The notes under the pieces are model-generated. The model ran no database searches. It was not told the DNA's origin and saw only the letters and a program-made list of their open reading frames with translations. This document shows positions 1-12,119 of a DNA stretch of 64,000 nucleotides, in pieces. A program made the position numbers and the translations under genes. The stretch is from Eledone cirrhosa (Eukaryota), in NCBI GenBank assembly GCA_964016885.1, contig OZ024745.1:100750001-100814000 (forward strand), in the 5' to 3' direction. Positions within the stretch are counted from its first letter, which is position 1; each line of letters begins with the position of its first letter.

Positions 1-1585
1 TACACAACGTGGAGATAGACAACAGATTTGGTAGTATGAGGAGCGACCACAGACTAGTCACAGCCAAAATACGGTTGAATTTAAGAATGACAAAAACTCG
101 TGCAAAAAACAAAAGGTACTACTGGTCTGCATTAAAGAATATAGAGCAATACACAATCGCTGTGAGAAACAGGTTTGGTGAACACTCAGACAGCTGCAAT
201 GATATTTCTGAAGAATATGGATGCTTTGTACTTGGAAACTCAGAGGCTGCGGAAAAGTTTTTATCAGTTGAGAAAAGTCAAAAGGTTAGAATAACTACCA
301 ATAACTCAAAAGTGAAGAAGACACGCCAAGAAGTGAATGAAGTTTTCTCGCATTATAAATCAATGAGGAGATTAGGCAATTCTTTAAAACGAAGAAACAC
401 AACTTAAAACAGGTGTAACAAATTACTCAACAAGAGGAGCTGGATGAGATGATATCAAAGATTGAAAATGTTGACACAAAGAGTAAACATGGATAGAGCT
501 GGAGACTCATCAACACAATCTCTGGCTGCAAAAATGCCAAACATGAAATAGTTAAAGGAAAGACGAGAAAGCAGAGAATCAAAAATTGGTACACTCACTT
601 TCAAAATCTATTGGGAAATGAGCATATTTTAGAAAATGATGGGGATGCAAAAAACAGAAAATGTGTGGGAAGGATTGAAAAGTGAGGATGGTGAGTTTAC
701 AAAAACTGAATTAAGACGTGCCAAACAAATCTTGAAGGCTGGAAAGCAATCTGGTCCTGACAATATTTTTGCTAAAGTTCTGAAGGGATGTTAACTTGAC
801 GACATAATTCTCAAATTTGCTAACAGTCTTCTAAATGAGAACCTAAAACCCAAGCAATGGTCCCAAATTGACTTGATCTTCCTACCAAAATTTGGAAACC
901 TAAGTGAAACTGGGTATTAATTATCAATGGATTATTCTGTCGTCTATTGTTGCCAAGACAGTAAATAAGATGATATTGATTAGACTCCAACCTAAAATTG
1001 ATGGGCTCCTTAAGCCAAATCAAAATGGTTTCAGAACAGGCGTGTTAGCGCTGCAAAGTCTGATTGAAGGTGTGAAGAGTCCCAAGAGAAAGGCCATCAT
1101 TATCAGCGTAGACTTCAAGAAAACATTTGACTCTGTGCACAGAGGAAAGATGATGAAAATTCTAAAAGCTTATGATATCCCACAAAGAATACTTGGAGCA
1201 ATTGGCAAAAATGTACGAAGGCACCAGATCAATAGTTATTAGTCCTGATTGTGAAACCCATTATTTTGAAATTACAGCAGGAGTCGTATAAGGTGACACT
1301 CTAGCCCCTTTCCTTTTTAATATTGTTTTGGACTACGTGATGCGCAAAATATACGATCACTGAGAAATATAATTTGGCTTCACACTACACAATCAAAGAA
1401 GCAGAATACATCTTGCAATTACTAATATAAACCTAGATTTCCCAGACAACAGGCCTAGCTAACTGAAGAGATAGATCAGGCACAAGAAATACTAAGTAGA
1501 TTAGAGCTAGAGGCAGCAAAATTTGGATTGCATTGCAGGGGGAAATTGCAAGTCTTCAATCATGATGCAACTGTTATTGTTATTT
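1..1585 (+). mobile_element. Decayed RTE/RTEX-clade LINE ORF2 fragment (end of APE endonuclease plus RT)
   Basis: Frameshifted translation gives SDHRLV (APE C-terminus), QNGFR, VDFKKTFDSVHRGKMMKIL, GVV*GDTLAPFLF and NLDFPDN (degenerate FADD). Multiple stops. Confidence 0.9.
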
Positions 1586-1745
1586 AACTTTGATTATTAC
1601 GGATACCGAGGTAGGCGACCACACGAGCACGTGACTTGCTTCAGTAGCCTATCCATGAGATAACATTGAGTGCTTAAGTCGAAGAACCATCGGAAACAGA
1701 ACGTTACACATTATGCAACTACGCACTACACACATACACGCACCC

Positions 1746-2329
<584 letters not shown>

Positions 2330-2689
2330 TGCGAGATGCGGTTTCTTATTCAGGTACAACCTCTGTTTTTAGCCGAAGAAAACATCTATATGCGTGTGTA
2401 ATTTATACACGCATATATATATTTTTTTTATTTCAATCGAGTTCTTAACACGTTGGATTGATAATGCTTTCGAAAAAACTGATTAACCCGCGCGTATATT
2501 ATTTTTTTTCCTCCTTTCGTGGATCGTAGTTGTCTCCCCTTCCCGCTTAGTGACGCTATAATACTTCCTCAGTCAAAAACTGCTGGAATTTCAAATTTGC
2601 CGGTCATTCGATGCGGGAAGGAACAACTTAACGGACATGATTTTTAACTGTAGTAAGAAATGTTTTTCTTATATCAAAGTTTATTGGGC

Positions 2690-2814
2690 TTCCACTGATG
2701 ATTTATAAGCGCCCACCTAAATATATTCTTACATGAATGTATATTAGGCTTCTACATAAACTGGAAATATTCTCCGAATTTGTAGAAAACTTATAATGAA
2801 ACAATTGTTTGGAA
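2690..2814 (+). ncRNA. Type I hammerhead ribozyme with large branched stem II
   Basis: ttcca-CTGATGA-t-ttataag...cttataa-t-GAA-ACAATTGT-T^tggaa. Stem I 5 bp, stem II 7 bp, palindromic stem III. Confidence 0.85.
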
Positions 2815-2999
2815 AGAGAGATATATTTTAACTTTAATTATATCTCATAAAATAATACAACTGGCTTTTCCACATAATACATATTGTTAGCCCCCCCAAA
2901 CACTTAAATTGGGTTTATATTAAAATATAACCTAATGTTTGTTGAGTGAGATAGTTACCAGTCTGAGATTAGCTTTAAACTATCTCTGTTATTGTATTA

Positions 3000-3073
<74 letters not shown>

Positions 3074-3077
<4 letters not shown>

Positions 3078-3951
3078 GACGCAAAATAAGAAAATATCTT
3101 TTAAAAAAATTTTAAAAAAATTTTTTACTTACTTACTTAAATTTTCACTCCAACTAATTAGTTTCTGCAATGGGATAAAGACAGTTACGTAATCCAACTG
3201 TCGAGAATTCATAATTTAAGTAAGTAAGTAAAAAAATTTTTTTAAATTTTTTTAAAAGATATTTTCTTATTTTACGTCTTTTATATTATTGTTCTGCATT
3301 CTCCTGCATTGAACCACCTAGGTACTATGACATAACCTGTGTATTTGCTAGCATGGGCGTGCATCTGTGCGCTTATGTTAGTTGATATATTAAATTATCT
3401 ATATTTATCTCCAAATCACTGATTTGTCGAGCAAACTTGCCAAAACCACTTCTAAAAAAATTTTTTTGGGGGTGTTAGTAGGCGTCAGTCATCTTACCAT
3501 CCCATTCCTTCTAACTAGCCTCTGTGTCACGTGATTGATTCTTTAGAATCGGCCATTTGACCTGAAGCAGTGAGAATTTCGGTACATAGAATCCAGTCCT
3601 CGCCAGCTGTTCGATCTATCGAATTATTATTATTTTTATATGAACCGCCAGTGTCCGCGCATTGCCTGGAGACTTAACTGAGAATAGACTCCCTGATGAC
3701 GCAATGAATTCTCGACAGTTGGATTACGTAACTGTCTTTATCCCATTGCAGAAACTAATTAGTTGGAGTGAAAATTTAAGTAAGTAAGTAAAAAATTTTT
3801 TTAAAATTTTTTTAAAAGATATTTTCTTATTTTACGTCTTTTATATTATTGTTCTGCATTCTCCTGCATTGAACCACCTAGGTACTATGACATAACCTGT
3901 GTATTTGCTAGCATGGGCGTGCATCTGTGCGCTTATGTTAGTTGATATATT

Positions 3952-3958
<7 letters not shown>
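3074..3958 (+). mobile_element. Non-autonomous Penelope-like/retrozyme-like element: inverted segment plus 1.33 tandem units of 560 bp, inserted in (TA)n
   Basis: 3074-3212 is the reverse complement of about 3704-3840. 3213-3398 is directly repeated at 3773-3958. Contains a hammerhead and has (TA)n on both sides. Confidence 0.8.
3688..3769 (+). ncRNA. Type I hammerhead ribozyme
   Basis: actcc-CTGATGA-c-gcaatg...cattgc-a-GAA-ACTAATTAGT-T^ggagt. Confidence 0.85.
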
Positions 3959-3987
<29 letters not shown>

Positions 3988-3999
3988 ATTATTATTATT

Positions 4000-5150
4000 G
4001 GACATGCTTTCCAGCATAGTTACGATCTGAGTTCAAATTCCGTCGAGGTTAACTTTGCCTTTCATCCTTACGAGGTCGATAAAATAAAGTATCACTAATG
4101 TACTGGGTAATTTCTGGCCTTGTGCCAAAAGTAGAAACAATTATTATAATTGTTTCTACTTTTGATACAAAGCCAGCAATTATCCCAGTACATTACTGGT
4201 ACTTTATTTTATTGACCCCGTAAAGATGAAAGATAAAAGGCAAAGAGAACCTCGGCGGGATTTGAACTCAGATCATAAAGGGGCGTAACTCTATGGTGCA
4301 AAGCATGGCGTCCGACCTTCTACCGATACTGCCAATCCCCCGCGATAAGTCACCAATAATGAGGAGAAAAAAATACCTGCTTTATGATTAATTCTAGTTT
4401 AAAACGACAGACGGTAAATTAATATTAATTGAAAATTGAATAAGTCATGCAGCGGAAAGTGATTTCCTACTTTGGCCATTGCGGTAACAACTCCGAATAC
4501 ATTTAACTCTTAATATCATGTAATTATTTAGTAGAAATAACCGTTGTCATTCTGAATTCAAATCCCACCGAGGTTAACTTTGCCTTTCATCATTAATGGG
4601 TCGATAAAATAAAGCACCAGTAATGCACTGGGATAATTGCTGGCCTTGTACCAAAAGTAGAAACAATTATTTAGTAGAAATAAGTTTGTTAATTCAAGTG
4701 TTTTGAATATCTTTACTAGCGGACAGACATGAAATAAATATTTGCAGTATTAGAGTAAAGATTAATTTTTAGTATGATGCAGTCATTGCGTTGTGTTTGT
4801 ACAAGAATATCTTGTTAATATAGTTTCATGCAGGACTGAATGATAGTAGTTAAGTGTTGCTGAATTTCTTCAGTGAAACATAACCAGGTTAATAGTAACT
4901 AGAACTTAGGTGGTGGAAACATATGATTTTCATTGAATACAATTGAATAGACATAATTTTTTTAAAGGACAGTGGATTGGCAGTCTCGGAAGAGCGTCAG
5001 GCACCATGCTATGCAGCATAGAGTTACGCCCCTATACGTTCTGAGTTCAAATCCCGCCGAGGTTAGCTTTGCCTTATGAGGTCGATAAAATGAAGTACCA
5101 GTAATGCACTGGGGGAAATTGCTGGCCCTGTGCCAAAAGTAGAAACAATT
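4000..5150. mobile_element. Cluster of four tRNA-derived Nin/Deu-domain SINEs (about 4000-4145 +, 4148-4340 -, 4550-4670 +, 4970-5150 +)
   Basis: A box tggcagtatcgg, B box gagttcaaatcc, central gccgaggttaactttgcctttcatccttacggggtcgataaaataaagtaccag, (ATT)n tail. Confidence 0.9.
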
Positions 5151-5454
5151 ATTTTTCTAAAGTAGTGACGCTCATCCAATGTTCATTCATTCAACATTTT
5201 CTTTACGTTGTTTCAGTCCTTAGACTACGGTCATGCTGGGGCAACGCCATGAGACGATTTAGTCGATCATATCGAACCCAATACTAATTCGTTCACATTA
5301 GGTACTTATTTTATCAATCTATTTTTGTTGACTCAATAAATTGGAGGGCATAAAAAAAAACAGTCATCACGAGCACACACGCACACACACACACACACTC
5401 TCTCTCTCTCTCTCTCTAGAGAGAGAGAGAGAGCGAGCGAGAGGGAGGGGGAAC

Positions 5455-5845
5455 AGTCCTCAAACACTCCTTCCAGTGGGTCCTGTCACAAGCAACCATC
5501 TCCAACTGATCCAGCTGGATCCCCAAGCGTGACTAGCCGAGCTCATGGATGTTAACTACCCATCTTGCTCAGGGTCTACCCCTGGGTCTCTTGCCGGTTG
5601 TTTTTACGGATAAAATCTGTCAGTAATTCTTTCCTGAGACATTCTAACCACATGCCCATAGTATCGGAGCTTTGATCTCTCAATTCGGAGAAGTAGGGGT
5701 TCTACCTGGAGTAACTCTCTGATCTCCAAGTTACACACTCTATCGAGTAACGTTACTCCAAAGCCCCTTCGGAGGAATCCCATTTCGGCTGCTTGTATTC
5801 GCGTTCGTATTCTTTCGATCATTACCCAAGATTCATGACCATACG
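5455..5845 (-). mobile_element. RTE-clade LINE 3' fragment
   Basis: HESWVMIERIRTRIQAAEMGFLRR...LLLRIERSKLRYYGHVVRM. Same family at 18790-19100, 58525-58960 and 61190-61370. Confidence 0.9.
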
Positions 5846-5884
5846 TTTAATTTCTGGCCCTTTGCCAATGTTAGGAATCATTGT

Positions 5885-6270
5885 GACTTGGCAGAATCGT
5901 TAGAGGGTCTGACGCCATGATTTGCAGCATAGAGTTACGGCCCTTTCCATTCTGAGTTCAAATCCCGCCGAGGTTAACTTTGCCTTTCATCCTTACAGGG
6001 TCGATAAAATAAAGTACCAGTAATGCACTGGGTAATTGCTGGCCTTGTGCCTAAAGTAGAAACAATTATTTGTTTGGACAGGGCGGTGGATTGGCAGTAT
6101 CGGTAGAGAGTCGGACGCCATGCTTTCCAGCATAGTTACGTCCCTTTACGATCTGAGTTCAAAACCCGCCGAGGTTAACTTTGCCTTTCATCCTTACGAG
6201 GTCGATAAAATAAAGTACCAGTAATGCACTGGAATAATTGTCGGCCTTGTGCCAAAAGTAGAAATAATAA
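5885..6270 (+). mobile_element. Two tandem Nin/Deu-domain SINEs
   Basis: Consensus match as above. Confidence 0.9.
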
Positions 6271-6491
6271 TTATTTGTTAAAATGACGATTATTCATAGC
6301 CAACGTTCCAATCGACTGCAGAAAAATCAATCACTAACTCCAATAAACAGATCGATTATTTTATGTATGCGTGCTTTTGTAGACGTGAATGATTTATATA
6401 TTTTGAGTATGCATAACATATTTCTATGTAAGTAACCTAAAGTGTGTCTAAGTGAGCGTGTTTAAATATTTTCGAGTATGTGTGAGCGCTT

Positions 6492-6522
6492 ACACACACA
6501 CACATACACACACACACACACA

Positions 6523-6569
<47 letters not shown>

Positions 6570-6683
6570 ACACACACACACATATATATATATAATATAT
6601 ATATATAAACACACACACATACATATATATATGTATATATATATATACAAATACACACACACACATATATATATGTGTGTGTG

Positions 6684-6727
<44 letters not shown>

Positions 6728-6760
6728 CACACATATATATCTATATGTGTGTGTGTGTGT
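6492..6760. repeat. (CA)n/(TA)n compound microsatellite
   Basis: Direct reading. Confidence 0.97.
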
Positions 6761-7083
6761 ACATATGTTTGTATGTATATAAGTTAGCATATGTTTGTAC
6801 ATACATGTGTTCGTTACGCGGGTATTGTAGGAATGTTTATTTTAGTAGGTATATGGGGGTAGATATTTCTGTGTATATGAGCGAATGTGTGCGTATATAC
6901 GTGTGTGTGTATATACGTGTCTTTGTATTCACACACGGATTCATACAAACACATATACAGACATATAGATACATATATACACACAAGTATATGTCGATGT
7001 CGAGCGGGGGAGTGTCAATGTGTATATGTATGTGTATACGTATTGTGTTAGCAGAAAATGTTGGGAGAGAGCAAGAGAGAGAG

Positions 7084-7130
<47 letters not shown>

Positions 7131-7497
7131 AGCGGGAGAGAGTGTGAGAGAGGAGGAAAGAGACTATAGTGAAGTTAATCTTAACAAGCTGCTGACAACA
7201 GTCATTCAAGAAGGCATTTACAACTCGTAAACAATTTCATCCCCAAATACAGAATATAAAAGGCGTCAGTAACCAGTTGTTTGGGGCAGCAACAAAGCGA
7301 AACCGATTGGTTCCGAAATCCTAGCGACTTGTCTGCCACTTAACGGACCAGCAACCATCTATTTAGCAGACCGGCAGTAGAATGGCGACGATTTGGCTGC
7401 AAGTTGGTGGCGGCGGCGACAGATTGACTAAAGAAGAACAAAGGGGGAAAGGAACCGCAGCTTTACAGTTTGATTTGATTTCAATATTCAGATTAAC

Positions 7498-8125
7498 AGG
7501 GCGGTGAATTGGCAGTATCAGTAGAGGGTTGGACGCCATTCTTTCTAGCATAGTTACGTCCCTTTACGGTCTGAGTTCAAATTCCGTCGAGGTTAACTTT
7601 GTATTTCATCCTTACGGGGTCGATAAAATAAAGTACCAGTAATGTACTGAGTACTTGCTGGCCTTGTGCCAATAGTAGAAACAATGTTCAGATTAACACA
7701 ACAAGGTGTGGTGGAGTGGCAGAAACGGTAAGAGTGTATGTCGGATTAGATTGCCTCGCTGTATTTAACTATTTGCTTTCATATATTTTCAGTTCAAATC
7801 CTGCTGAGGTTGAGTTTGTCTTTCATTCTCACGAGCTCAATAGAATACGTATCCATCTAAGATGTCCAGGCGATATCATCGACTGGACGTCTTCCTTCCA
7901 ATATTTATGACCATGTTCAAATGCTAGAAATCATACAAGGGGTTGGATTGGAAGTAAGGGAGTGGATGTGCATGCTTTGCAGCAAAGAGTTACGGCCCTT
8001 TATGGTCTGACTTCAAATCCCGCCAAGGTTAACTTTGCCTTTCATCCTTACGAGGTCGATAAAATAAAGTATTAGTAATCCACTGGGATAATTGCTGGCC
8101 TTGTGCCAAAAGTAGAAACAATTAT
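7498..8125 (+). mobile_element. Three Nin/Deu-domain SINEs of different ages
   Basis: Consensus match. ttcagattaaca is duplicated around the first copy (TSD-like). Confidence 0.85.
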
Positions 8126-8398
8126 TTGTAGTTCTCTCTGAGGTTGACTTTATTGAGAGTGTTTATATCGTTACAGTACTGATAAAATAAATATCAATAT
8201 ATTTCTGGGATTGAGTTAATCGACAGAAATGTACATATTCTTTTCTTCAATATTATTTTTTATTTGTATTAGTCATTGGAATGTGGCAATGATCGAGCAT
8301 TACCATCAATAGTTTAATCAATCATTTCGATCAAAGTACTTAATATGTTTTATAGGTTGTCGAACCTATAAGTTATTAAACAAATAAACAGCAACGTA

Positions 8399-8489
<91 letters not shown>

Positions 8490-8589
8490 CGGCGACAGTC
8501 GGTCGACTTTCGTCCAATCGGACCGAGGAAATAATGTTTCCATTGGTCTTTCCAAATGCTAATACTATCTATCGGTCGCAACTCCATGT

Positions 8590-8703
8590 AGATGGAGCAA
8601 CGGGAAATAGTGTCTTGCCTAAGGACATAACGCATTGCCTGGCCCGGGAATCGTACTCACAACCTCACGATTGTGAATCTCCAATTCTCTAACCACTCAG
8701 CCA
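8590..8703 (-). mobile_element. Second tRNA-derived SINE family (CORE-like head)
   Basis: Minus strand tggctgagtggttagag (A box)...gagtacgattcccgg (B box)...tgtccttaggcaagacact. Confidence 0.7.
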
Positions 8704-8707
8704 CTCA

Positions 8708-8789
<82 letters not shown>

Positions 8790-9001
8790 TTGAAAAAAAT
8801 GAAAACGAAAAACGAAATTTCATTTCTCACTCTTAGTATGGCACTTACTTAAATGTAAGTATGTATGTATACGTACATACATATATGTACAACTTATCGT
8901 TTTCGGTATGCCTGACCGATTTAACTCACTCAATATGCAAATTAGGCTGCTCAGCCGTTAATTTTCATAAGGAAAGTATATACTTTCGAACGTTCAACTA
9001 T

Positions 9002-9070
9002 CTGGCAGATGGGTAAACGGTGCTGATGATAGCTAACAAGCTTGAAACTAGTACATCGTTCCTGTGTCAG
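9002..9070 (+). ncRNA. Type I hammerhead ribozyme with extended stem I
   Basis: aacggtg-CTGATGA-t-agct(aaca)agct-t-GAA-ACTAGT-A^catcgtt. Outer pairing ctggca..atggg / cctgt..gtcag. Confidence 0.85.
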
Positions 9071-9286
9071 TGTTGAACAAAAAGGTGACGTGGTTGCCTT
9101 AACACCGTAGGCATAAATTCAGGCTTTTCAGTTTGTTGACAAACGAACAAAGCAGCGCTATAATAAGCGTCTGCTAAACTGATGCGTGCATATATGTATG
9201 TGTACCTGCATGTATGTATATATATATATATATACATGTTACTGTACGTCTGTATACATATATGTATGTACGTATACATACATACT

Positions 9287-9393
<107 letters not shown>

Positions 9394-9499
9394 TTATTTA
9401 TTTATTTATTTATTTTTTTAGTAGATGTTGGTTGTTTACCGACACCTGAGTATGCAGAGTGGAGCACTCGACGAAGTACGCAGGTTGGTTTGGATACTC

Positions 9500-10554
9500 C
9501 GGAGTAATGTAATATAATTAAGTCAAATGGGTAAAATTTGGCTTCGTTTATTATAAATTATAGATATACTGCTATATATATTTCGGTGACAGCCGTGATG
9601 GCTGTGACCTCTTCTGGCAGTCCGAATTGGTGTGGGAAAGACAGGTACATATATGTCCAGCTCCTGGTTGTGTTGTTATTCCTCTGAGTTGTTATTGTGT
9701 TGTTATTCCAGTTCCTCAGAGGAATAATAACACAACCAGGAGCTGGACATATCGATGTATTGACGGAGTAAAATACACTTCAACATATGTCTTTCCCACA
9801 CCAGTTCGGACTGCCTGGAGAGGTCACAGCCAATGATGGCTGTCACCGAAATATATATAGCGGTATATCTATAATCTGTATATATATAACATTAAGTATG
9901 TGTGTGTCTGTGTATTACCTATAGGGGCCTACATCTTACGACCGATTTTCATGAAACTTTACAGGCTCATAGATTAGTCATTGGGGAATGTTTTCTATAC
10001 ATCAGCGTATCGTTTTTTTTTTATTCCAGGGTCATTCTGCAGATAAAAATCGATAGGGAGGGGGAGGATCACCTTTTTTTAGGTATCGAAAAATAAGATT
10101 TTTGGCTCTAGCTCCCACATTTTGCCACCGATTGCGTTCAAATTTTAAAGCAAAATAGAATTTATCATTGTACATCCTGTAATGGCTTTATATTTTGCAT
10201 TTGTTGTTCAGGAACGGCGTGTGGCAGCCGCTTAAATATTCGAAAATACCACCTTTTTGCTCAAATTCCGCCTTTTCGGCTCTAACTCCCACATTTTTCA
10301 ACCGATTTCGTTCAAATTCGAAACTCCCTCCCCCAGCATGCCCCTTCGTCAGTCACCCGCGTTTCTCAGTGATAGAGATCATCACCACCCTCCCCCGCAT
10401 GGCCTGTGTGTGGCCATAGATGAGTCATCGAGAAGCAGTCGCTAAGATCAACACATTTTCATCAAAGCAGATATTATTTTACTTACCCAGGCAACGCTGG
10501 GTACTGCTGCTAGTTTATAATAAACGAAGCCAAATTTTACATATTGGATTTAAT

Positions 10555-10560
<6 letters not shown>
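9500..10560. mobile_element. Fold-back PLE-like element with decayed hammerheads in both arms (9568-9621 -, 9810-9864 +), interrupted by a Helitron
   Basis: Arms about 9531-9688 versus 9715-9874 plus 10514-10540. actgc-CTGGAGA/CAGAAGA-long stem II-GAAATATATATA^gc(a/g)gt. Confidence 0.7.
9875..10513 (+). mobile_element. Non-autonomous Helitron (639 bp)
   Basis: Starts TC, ends CTAG, subterminal hairpin tacccag-gcaacg-ctgggta (10484-10503). Inserted between A and T with no TSD; the empty site is recoverable from the opposite arm of the host palindrome. Confidence 0.88.
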
Positions 10561-10631
<71 letters not shown>

Positions 10632-10783
10632 TGTTATATAGTAAGGTGTATTATTGGTTGTTATATAGTAAGGTGTATTATCGGTCCAATAAACTTTTGT
10701 TAGCAATATTAAGTTCACCACGCTTTTGTATATCTCCAATTCCATTTATGGGAACAGCTAGATGATGTAAAGCGGAGTATTTG

Positions 10784-11164
10784 TATCAAAATAAAGATCA
10801 GAAGGCATGGTATAAATTTCCAATCATTTTAATCACGACACATTTTCAATAAGAGATAGATCGATCGTGTGGTCATGATCGATTATCACTGATCTCATCA
10901 GGTGAATAATGAAATGTCTTCAAAACTTTGATATGAGGGAGGAAAAACTAACGATGTTCACTCACTAGAGTTTTCTTGGAACAAAACTCTAGTGAGTTAG
11001 TTTTTCCTCCCTCATATCAAAGTTTTCAAGAGATTTCATTATTCACCTGATGAGATCAGTGATAATCGATCGTGACCACACGATCGATCTATCTCTTATT
11101 GAAAATGTGTCGTGATTAAAATGATTGGAAATTTATACCATGCTTTCGGATCTTTATTTTGATA
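10784..11164. mobile_element. Fold-back element with about 190-bp arms, each carrying a degenerate hammerhead (10833-10905 -, 11043-11115 +)
   Basis: Arms 10784-10974 / 10983-11164. tcac-CTGATGA-gat..atcgatcgtg(acca)cacgatcgat..att-GAAAatgtGTC^gtga. Confidence 0.7.
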
Positions 11165-11166
11165 TT

Positions 11167-11202
<36 letters not shown>

Positions 11203-11344
11203 GAATTGGTGCTCTGAAATAGCGATATATATATATGAATGTATATACCGTGTATTTTGCAATACACTGTATGCTTAATTAAAAGCATTTGAAGACCTTA
11301 CGCTATTGTTTTAGAGTAGTGACAGTCTCACTTAGTTTAAATGT

Positions 11345-11423
11345 TCAGCAAACAGGGGAGATAAAGCTGACAGAGCTCTGTTTCGTACTTTTTGGTACTT
11401 ATCAAAGCTAAGTACTCCACCTG
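11345..11423 (-). ncRNA. Type I hammerhead, U3-A8 variant (inverted copy)
   Basis: Minus strand agct-TTGATAA-gtac(caaaaa)gtac-GAA-ACAGAGCTCTGT-C^agct. Confidence 0.75.
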
Positions 11424-11646
11424 TAAGTGAGACTGTCACTACTCTAAAACAATAGCGTAAGGTCTTCTAAATGCTTTTAATTAAGCATACAGTGAATTGC
11501 AAAAAATACACTATATATATACATTCATATATATATCGCTATTTCAGAGCACCAATTCTAATTTTCAATTTCTGCTTGACCGGCAACCGCTCTGTATAAT
11601 CAGTTCCTGATTATTACTAGAATTCTATATGAATCAAACATTCATG

Positions 11647-11739
11647 ATTTTCAGCAAACAGGTGGAGTATTTAGCTTTGATAAGTACCAAAAAGTACGAA
11701 ACAGAGCTGTCAGCTTTATCGCCCCTGTTAGCTGAAAAT
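11647..11739 (+). ncRNA. Type I hammerhead, U3-A8 variant with long extended stem I
   Basis: agct-TTGATAA-gtac(caaaaa)gtac-GAA-ACAG(ag)CTGT-C^agct. Outer stem attttcagc.aacagg / cctgtt.gctgaaaat. Confidence 0.8.
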
Positions 11740-11833
11740 TTAAAGTAAGTGACACTGTCACTACTCTAAAACAATAGAGTAAGGTCTTCGAAATGCTTTT
11801 AATTAAGCATACAGTATATACACTATATATACA

Positions 11834-11884
<51 letters not shown>

Positions 11885-12119
11885 CAACTAGAAATTGATT
11901 AACATATAAATAAACATATGAAACAATCACAGGGGATAATTTATGGGTGTCATGCCTTGCTGGCATGACACCCATAATTTTGATTTAGATTAAATTCATT
12001 TTGATTTATCTTAATTTTGGATATATATATATAAATACCATCCTACCCCCCCCCCCCAGCCACCACCCCTCCCTTACCACTACCTAAATGTATAAATACC
12101 AGAACTTAATATGACACCC

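Larger units (their letters stand above)
11196..11840 (+). mobile_element. Non-autonomous PLE/retrozyme-like element: inverted segment plus 1.3 tandem units of 322 bp, in (TA)n
   Basis: 11196-11423 is inverted. 11424-11530 is repeated at 11746-11840. Hammerheads in both orientations. Confidence 0.8.

Noticed and set aside
6080-6270. tRNA genes suggested by A and B boxes
   Set aside because: These are SINE heads with no complete cloverleaf; about 50 dispersed copies share a common tail.
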